A stretch of DNA of 56,369 nucleotides, the filler included, from Sphacelaria rigidula (taxonomy: Eukaryota), in the NCBI GenBank assembly GCA_964200075.2. It is 7 parts of 7 records of this genome, joined end to end, with 100 filler letters (N's around TTAATTAATTAA, not from the genome) between each part and the next. Parts side by side here need not be neighbours in the genome. Positions count along the whole stretch, not along the records: positions 48,403 to 56,369 come from CAXNAA020012813.1; 6 more parts are not named here. One strand, written 5' to 3'. Shown here one piece after another: positions 49,332-56,369 of this stretch; position 1 is the stretch's first letter; every line of letters begins with the position of its first letter. The notes below the pieces were generated by a model. That model had not been told where the DNA came from and searched no databases. It saw only the letters and a list, made by a program, of their open reading frames with translations. The position numbers and the translations under genes were made by a program.

Positions 49332-49937
49332 CTATCGCTTCCAATTTCGGAGGCCCTGCTTGAAGCCCTCTAGAGCCCCACCACCCCGCCGGCCCCCGCC
49401 CTTCCTCGAGATCGCCTGCGGTCGATGAGACTTCATCCCGACATCACTGCGATGAACCTCTTTCCAGCACCCGGCGCAAAACAACTCCGCCTCGTCCGCG
49501 TCGTTGTCCTCTTCACACTGACGACATCGGACAACAGCATCCTCCGAGCAAAGGCAACACCACAGGTCCGTCTCATCTCCGCCACCCTTGCCATCATCGA
49601 ATCCCCTCTTCTCTTTAGTTCCTCTTGTTTCCTCCACCTGCTCCGTCTTCTCACCACCAGTGGCAGCACCATCGCCGTCACGGCGTTGCCCCGTAAGGCC
49701 TAAGCGCGCTTCGTCCAAGGCTTGCTGTGCAATGAGTCGTGCAGCAGCATCGTCATCTTGAATGGGGTGGCTTGTAGCGCCCGCAGCTCCATGTCCGTAT
49801 CCGGTGGGGCGATTAAGTACGGGTTTGGCCGTCGGAGCGGCGGGGAGCCAAAGCCCATCATGGTCCTCATCGGATGGCTTAGTGGGAGGTTGTTGCGTGA
49901 TAATGCCATGCCCTTCCAGACGCACTTGGTCAGTCAC
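49332..49937 (-). CDS. Last exon of a protein with a ZFYVE19/ANCHR-like C-terminal B-box zinc finger
   Basis: CCAG/ acceptor, 201 open codons to TAG; WCCLCSEDAVVRCRQC...LFCAGCWKEVH...H matches the WCCICNEDA..RC..C...LFC..C..E.H pattern. Confidence 0.85.
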   Translation of the reverse strand: MTDQVRLEGHGIITQQPPTKPSDEDHDGLWLPAAPTAKPVLNRPTGYGHGAAGATSHPIQDDDAAARLIAQQALDEARLGLTGQRRDGDGAATGGEKTEQVEETRGTKEKRGFDDGKGGGDETDLWCCLCSEDAVVRCRQCEEDNDADEAELFCAGCWKEVHRSDVGMKSHRPQAISRKGGGRRGGGALEGFKQGLRNWKR

Positions 49938-50456
49938 CTGGCGAGTTGTGAGCCGGCATGGTGGCGGCGGAGTGCATTTACGAAAATACCAGTGAAGCGA
50001 CCACTTTTGAGCGGCGCATGGGCCAAGGCATAGGACACTTTTCTAGTACATTGGAAAGTCTGTGCCTTATTACAAAAAGGGCGACCGGGGAAGATACAAC
50101 ATCGGTTGGGCGGGGCACATGTCCCATGTCTACATATTCTACTGTCGAGATCCGGAATTTGCAAAACCTGATGCAAGCAGTACATCAAAGGCAAATAGTA
50201 GTAACGAAGCTTGTTCAACAGAACACACGGCCGACTAGGCGCTGCACATACGCCACTCGGTGTAACAACGCGTCTCATCAACATAGCAGCGCAATTGACC
50301 ATGCACGTCAAAAAAGGCACTTGTATCTTCAGTGGTACGATGCAGCTGGCGATGAGTGGTGCGCGATACACTGTTTGTACACTGCCCTCACAGTGGAACG
50401 ATCTGAGGAGCTAGCTACACGCCCACACACACTCACAAAACTCTTTACACACGCAC

Positions 50457-50809
50457 CATCTGAAGCAGCCGTTCTTCCTCGTCGCCGAGCACGCCCTTTC
50501 CATCGAAGCCATCGTCACCATGAGCACCTGCTGCTCCGCTGCTCCGTCCTTTGCCACCCCGAAGAAACGCCTCTAGTGCGCCCGTCTCTGGTCCAACCAG
50601 CTCTGAAATAGGGCCGGCAGACTTCCCCCCGATCTTTTCGACCTCAGAGGCAGCCGCCGCGTCGAGCGCGCTCAGCTTCTGATCGAAGTCAAGATCGTTC
50701 GGGTTCAAGAATGACCGGGATTTTCCTGTTGTGGTGACTTGGTCGTTTCCGTTTTTGCCGTCGGCGGCCTCATCCTCGTCCAACACGTCTGCCAAGAGAT
50801 CGTCCAGAC
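50457..50809 (-). CDS. Penultimate exon of the same gene
   Basis: CCAAG/ acceptor (alternative AG would start at 50788) and ATG/GTGCGT donor; joins in phase 0 as EEERLLQM-VTDQVRLE; upstream exons not located. Confidence 0.78.
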
Positions 50810-51443
50810 CTTGGAAGGTTTCCGAGAAATCCTGCGGTCATTTTTTCGGTTTAGCGCGTGTCCTATTAATGTGGAAATGAGCAGCAGAAGAAGAGTGGCG
50901 AAAAGCTGATTGTGTGTATTCATTTTCGTTTCACCAGGACTGAGCGTTGGGAGATTTCGCAAAACACTAGCAAAGAGGGGCGGCGGGATAAACAGAACAA
51001 TAGCGAACAACGCCCTCCCACCCCAAGGCTGTTTACACGTTGACGGCAAGATACAATCCGTCCGACACAGCGTCCGATAGTCCGGGTCGTGGCTCTCAGC
51101 CGACCAATCTGCGACATGCGTCGCATCGTATCAATCAACGACGTGGGCAAAGGTAGACTTGCTTAGTTTATACGTTTGCAGCAGTTAAAAACTAAACGGT
51201 GTGACAAATCTTGACGCAGGTTGCTGCTGCTTATCCAAAACCGCATTAACGCCCTTGAAACGCAATGGGCGGCAACTACACGTCCAAAGGTGCGGCGTGG
51301 CGGAATGTCTACCGGTACAAGTGGACGCGTCGAAATACCCAGCAAACGTTTTCGACAGTCACATGTCACCCAACAAGAACTTGGACATACTTTCTTCTGA
51401 TTGACGTGCAATTTTTCACACGTTGGACAACATATTACACTAT

Positions 51444-51528
51444 TCAAAAGTGTACTGCATACAGTATGGAGCATATTGTCTGATGCAATAGACGCAATAG
51501 TCGATACTGTACGCGGTACATTTTTCGA
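51444..51528. mobile_element. ~85-bp fold-back MITE-like element
   Basis: AAAAGTGTACTGCATACAGTAT ... ATACTGTACGCGGTACATTTT; related to 1083-1536. Confidence 0.65.
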
Positions 51529-51933
51529 CAACGTGATATGTTGCCAAGAGTGCGCTATTCGTACGCTCAGTACCTTCGCTTGATTTGACCACCTCTTCCG
51601 CGTGGACAATGTACAAAAGAGGAATACTTCCTCTTTCCCTCCCCGATAAGGCATACGCAAAATGAGGGCTGAGAGGCGACTGAGTTAGTATATTACAGGC
51701 CTCCCACGTCACTCGGCACGTGTAAGGTCACACTCCTTTTACGTCGAACCCTATGCTCATTACAGTGCAAACCTTCCCTTCTCCCCGACCGCCACCCGTC
51801 TGGGGTTGGTTGTAACGGGGTAGGCTAACCCCGTCGACAGCACAACCAGTAAGTAGGGGAGGATAAATTGACCTACTGACTTGCCTGCGTGCCGTGTCAG
51901 TGGTGATGCAACTCGCAGTCTAGGTAGTGGGTC

Positions 51934-53418
51934 ATGTCGACGGTGCTAACCTCTAGGCTCAATCCTGCAGATTCGGAGTTCTACCCTAGAATGGGGACCA
52001 AATTGAACCCCGCAGCTGCAGCGTTTTACCCGGCGTTGAGACACCGTCACGGAAAGCATTTTGATGGAGATGAGGCACGTATGAGTAAGTATCAGATTCG
52101 GCGGACTGGAGATAGCGGCCTACGCGAGATGGGGAAGCTGCACCCTCCCCGCGAGATCAACAAGCAAAGCAAGTACCGTGATACACGTGCCAAATAAATA
52201 TGGGAACAGAAAAAACAGCTCGCCCGTAAAATTAGGAGGCGGAACAGACCAAGAAGGAGAGCAGAGCAAAGAGAAAGACGCGTGAATATAGAGAAGGCTA
52301 AAGCTAGGTCGCGTAGTGGGGAGCTCAAAGTGGCTACCTATAACGTCCGTACACTGTCCCTAACGGGAAAGAACGGAGCTGGCCATGCTGAAGTGGCCCT
52401 GCAAAAATGTCAGGCAGTCGGATGTGACGTCATCGAGCTACAAGAAACGAGGAGACCAGGTCGATCCGAATTTGTGTGTCCGGATATCATATATTTTGCT
52501 GCGGGGGGGGGAGCTGGTCAATATGGGGTTGGGTTGGCGGTCAAGAAGTCGATCATCAGCAAGGCGACGTGGACTCAGGCACTCCTCAGCGAACGCCTCA
52601 CGTCGATTACTTTCAAGCTAGCGGGTAAATCAAATGCTACTACGTTTGTAGTTGCATACGCCTCGACAGACACTCCACAGTCGAGAGAAGAGAGAGATGT
52701 GTTCTGGACTGAGTTACACGGCATTGTGAACCGTATCCCCCACAAACATCACCTGTTCATTTCAATGGACGCTAACGCGAGGGCTGAAGTACGGACGGGC
52801 GAGGAAGAACGTAAAATTGTAGGAGTATACGGCCGAGACTCCCGATCCAACGACAGTAACGGCACATCTCTAATGCAATTTGCAGGCGACAACAGGCTTT
52901 TCCTGGTCAACACGTTATTTCCCACCCCCAAGGGAAACACCTCGCGTACGTTCAGCGGTGTTGCGAATCGCCCCGCGGAGAAAAAACGCACTGACTACAT
53001 CATCACACGGCAATACCACCGCAGGCTTGTTCGTGATGTCACCGTCCACCTTCAACCCCCCAACTCGCCGGACTCTGACCACAACATCGTGTGCGCCTCA
53101 GTGCGGCTCCTTGGTCGCTTCGCACACGACGGAACTAGACGAATTCCAATTGGGCGTACACCGATCGACAGAGAGGCAAAAGTATCTGACCCCGACAGAC
53201 GTGAGCAGCTCACCCAGCTCATCATCAGCGAGCTCAAACAGAGTAAACCTGGTGAAACAGTCAGTTCACTGGCTACGAACTTTGCGGACGTACTCTTGAG
53301 TGCCGCTGAAAAGGTTGTACCCCGTCTGACCCGAAAGCCACGTGTAACGGGGTGGTTCGAGGATGCTGAAATCAGAACGGATTTTAAACAGGCCTGGATG
53401 GAGAGGGAAAGAGCGTGA
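51934..53418 (+). pseudogene. RTE ORF N-terminal half: two PAM2-like motifs, basic linker, APE endonuclease
   Basis: ORFs 51934..52197 and 52282..53418 share a frame (offset 348 nt) separated by a single TAA. Confidence 0.82.
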
Positions 53419-53479
53419 TCAACGGTGAGACTGGGGTCATCTCGAGATAAACTCGCATGGCACATACTGCTGGCCCTGG

Positions 53480-55001
53480 CACATACTGCTAAAGTTCTCC
53501 TCAAAATCGTAGCCAACAAGCTCGGTAATTTTTACGAGGAAACAGATGTCTTCCCGGAAGAGTAGTGTGGATTCAGGCGCCAAAGATCTACAATAGACAT
53601 GATGTTCGTGGTACGCCGACTCCAGGAGTTGGGACGGGCGAGCAACGTCCCAATAAACATGTATTATATCGATCTGCAGAAAGCCTACGATTCTGTAGAC
53701 CGCACGCTCCTGTGGGAAGTGCTTGCTCGGTTCGGGTTCCCGTCGCGAATGATCACGACCATCCCTATGTTTCACGACGGCATGCGAGCCCGGGTACAGC
53801 TAGATAGTGGCGAACTATCAGCGTGGTTCCACGTCCGCCAGGGACTCAGACAAGGTTGCGTTTCTTCTCCGGAGCTGGCTCGGTGGAAGTGATCGTTCAG
53901 CGATTTGCTGGGGATCCACTTATCGTCTCAGACTCGGTCTTTCTAGATGACGCGCCAAAAGGTGACGGTGGTGAACCCGTGGTAAATACACCGCTCAAAA
54001 AGGTGCGACGCGCGGTGTGGGCAATGCTTTATGCGGACGACGCCGGCATAGCCTCGAAGACCGCAGAAGGCCTTGCTCGAATGATGGCCGTGATGGTCAT
54101 GACCTGCCAAGAGTTCAGCCTGATGGTCTCCGAGAGAAAGACAGAGTCCATGCGCTTTTGGTCAGTACCCAGTCCCACGGAGGCCGCCCTGAATATCAAA
54201 GCTGCCGGTCAACCGTATAAGCAGACGGGGAGGTTCATCAATCTTGGAGCTATCAACGCGGATGCGAAAATGTCCATCGAAATCAACCGCCGTATCAGCG
54301 CGGCGTGGGCGCGTATCCCAAGATATAGCTCCCAACTCTACGACCGACCCAACGCCGAGCTATCCTTGAAAGTTCGACTGCTTTAAGCGGGGGTGGTACA
54401 AGCTCTGTTGTATGGATGAGCTACGTGGATGCTACGTTCTGTCGACTTCGACAGTCTGCGACCCATCCATCACAAGCTCTTGCTGCGAGTGGTTGGATTC
54501 CGCAGGAAAGATCGAAATGGCTAGAAGACTCTTTCGTACAGAGCGGTGCTCGAGATGACCAACTGCGAACGTATCGAGAGGACTATCCGCAAACGTCAAC
54601 TCTGCTTCGCGTGGGCCCTTGTCCGGCAAAAGGACACACGCATTCCCGAGCGTGTCATGAACGGCCGGCTTTCCACACGAGAACCTAAGGAGGCCGGCCG
54701 CCCCCCCAAGCAAGGAGAGGATACCCCAAAGGAGAACCTACGTGCGCTAGAGGCTGTCCCGCACAAAGGAGCCCGACGGAAGTGGTTCGTCTACGGTGTA
54801 GAATTGAACGATGCATGCGATTGGGTCACTGCGACGAAGAACATGGGCAAATGGCATATTGGAGTCGAAAAAGGAGCGGGAGAGTTTGAGGGCACGTGGC
54901 GACGCGCGGACAAACGAGAATCAGACCGCCGTCACAAGCAAGAGGCTGCTGCGTCGAGGGCCGCCAATCAAAGAATACTGTCTGCTCATATCGATTGTTA
55001 A
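53480..55001 (+). pseudogene. RTE reverse transcriptase and C-terminal region (stops and frameshifts)
   Basis: ORFs 53599, 53823 and 54546. Confidence 0.9.
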
Positions 55002-56294
55002 TTATGTCTTCAGTTGGTGGCTCTGCAGTGCCCATTGGTGTGTGTCTGTATCTACTCTGCTGCTCTGAATCCCTTGGGCTTTTTCCTTTCTTTTTTTTTC
55101 TTTCCGGTTTTTTCTCGTTTGCTTTTTTCCGCTCCTTTTTTTTTTTGTTTTCAGGTCGGCCATCTCTTTCTGCGCTTTGCTTTTGTTGGATTATTATTTT
55201 TTCCCCCGTCTTCGTCTACTATGTCGTTCTGTACGATTTTTTTCTGTTCCTTCTCTTCTTGAGCAAGTGTTTCAGTTTTGCCTTTCTTGGGTACGTCTGT
55301 CATGCAACCACAGCTGGACCCGTGGGCGGTCAGTTAAAGTGTGCCAATCAATCCATCAATCCGTGATGTTCGATCCCCTCTTTTTCTAGCCTACTTTCGA
55401 CGGCAAGCTGCAACAGCGGACGATACAGTGCATGCCCATATCCAGCTTGTAATTTTTCAACCGAAGCGTGCATAGATGACAGAGTAAGTACGCCTCGTAA
55501 AAACGTTGAACAGAGCGCTGAGGTTGCGGCTAGATTCAGGGATGAAAGGTAAAGATGGTGAAACTCGGTCCAGCGATCAAGCTCACGGGAGGGGGTAATT
55601 GGGTTTGCTAGTAGCAGTGCCAATCGCTCAGACCCGCGCCAAGTATGTTCCCGTTTGGATCTCGATTGCAAAAAAGCGTCACTTCAACATGTTGCAGGCC
55701 ATTGATCGTTACTGTCTTTGAAAACAAGGGCTAATGATCACCGCTACGATGTCTGCCGCATGCCCAATTTACCCGGAGACGGACAAGAAGAGATACGAGG
55801 ACGGACAAAAACCTGTGATAGACAGGCGAAACAGAACAATTCTTCGATACATAGTGAAGACAAAGGGGTTTATCCCCAGGAGCCTGATCAGAGGGGGTGC
55901 ACAGTGGCTTCAAGCGGCTGTCCGTTTTGTCGATCACTACTGCCGTGTTTCGTGCTGCTCGTATCTTTCAACGAGCGGTTGTGGAAGAACCCAAGAGGCT
56001 TCAGGGGACACGTGAGGCGTCTAGACTGGCGGGTAGCATCCTAGGCGCACGTGCACAGCTCTCTCTCCAGACAATGATTAGTGTACCCCATTCCGACCAA
56101 AGTTCGGGTGAGTGTACCCCCTCTTGTTTTACCGCAATTTCCATCTTCGACCTCCCCCGGAAGACGTGAAGAATCTCACACCAGAGAATAGAGACAAAAA
56201 AATGCAAATAACGTGGGGCATAGACACCACAAGCATCACTGGGCATTTTTTCGCGGTCAGTCTTTACATTATGAAGACATGCCATTGTACATGA

Positions 56295-56369
56295 GGGGGT
56301 GGGGGTGTACTCATGATCATGCATGCCATAGTCACATGACCACTGACCTCGCATTCCTACGAAGCCGGG
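56295..56369 (-). mobile_element. 3' end of C-tail family B
   Basis: Minus strand reads ...GACTATGGCATGCATGATCATGAGTACACCCCCACCCCC. Confidence 0.75.

Larger units (their letters stand above)
51770..55361 (+). mobile_element. RTE-type non-LTR retrotransposon, near full length, degraded
   Basis: Single-ORF layout: APE (ATYNVRTL, LQETR, MDANA, DYI, SDH), RT (IDLQKAYDSV, GLRQGCV, LYADD), RTE C-terminus, T-rich 3' UTR, (CAAT)n tail; internal deletion near 53420; 5' limit approximate. Confidence 0.93.

Overview
Eukaryotic, repeat-rich DNA of about 50% GC. The source is probably a brown alga or other stramenopile, inferred from spliceosomal introns, CCCTAA repeats and the style of the transposon proteins; this is not proven. 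The window is not one contiguous locus. It consists of seven segments of exactly 7967 bp joined by identical 100-bp linkers (44 N + TTAATTAATTAA + 44 N), so adjacency across linkers is not biological. Most of the sequence is decayed mobile DNA: an APE-RT LINE on the minus strand (3.8-7.5 kb) whose family ends in a C-run, a Copia-like LTR element with a nested chromodomain Gypsy fragment (8.5-12.4 kb), a large Gypsy pol (25.9-32.2 kb) interrupted by two DNA-transposon insertions, a near full-length RTE-type LINE (51.8-55.4 kb), tRNA-derived SINEs, many TTAA/piggyBac-type MITEs, other TIR elements and mini/microsatellites. Two host-gene fragments are supported: two exons of a response-regulator receiver domain (38.3-38.7 kb, +) and two exons of a protein with a ZFYVE19/ANCHR-like C-terminal B-box (49.3-50.8 kb, -). 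The best leads are (1) tandem PAM2-like (PABP-binding) motifs at the N-terminus of the RTE ORF, (2) a LINE/short-element system with C-run tails that inserts at C-runs, mirroring L1 poly(A) targeting, and (3) a PWWP/Tudor-like domain after the chromodomain of the Gypsy integrase.
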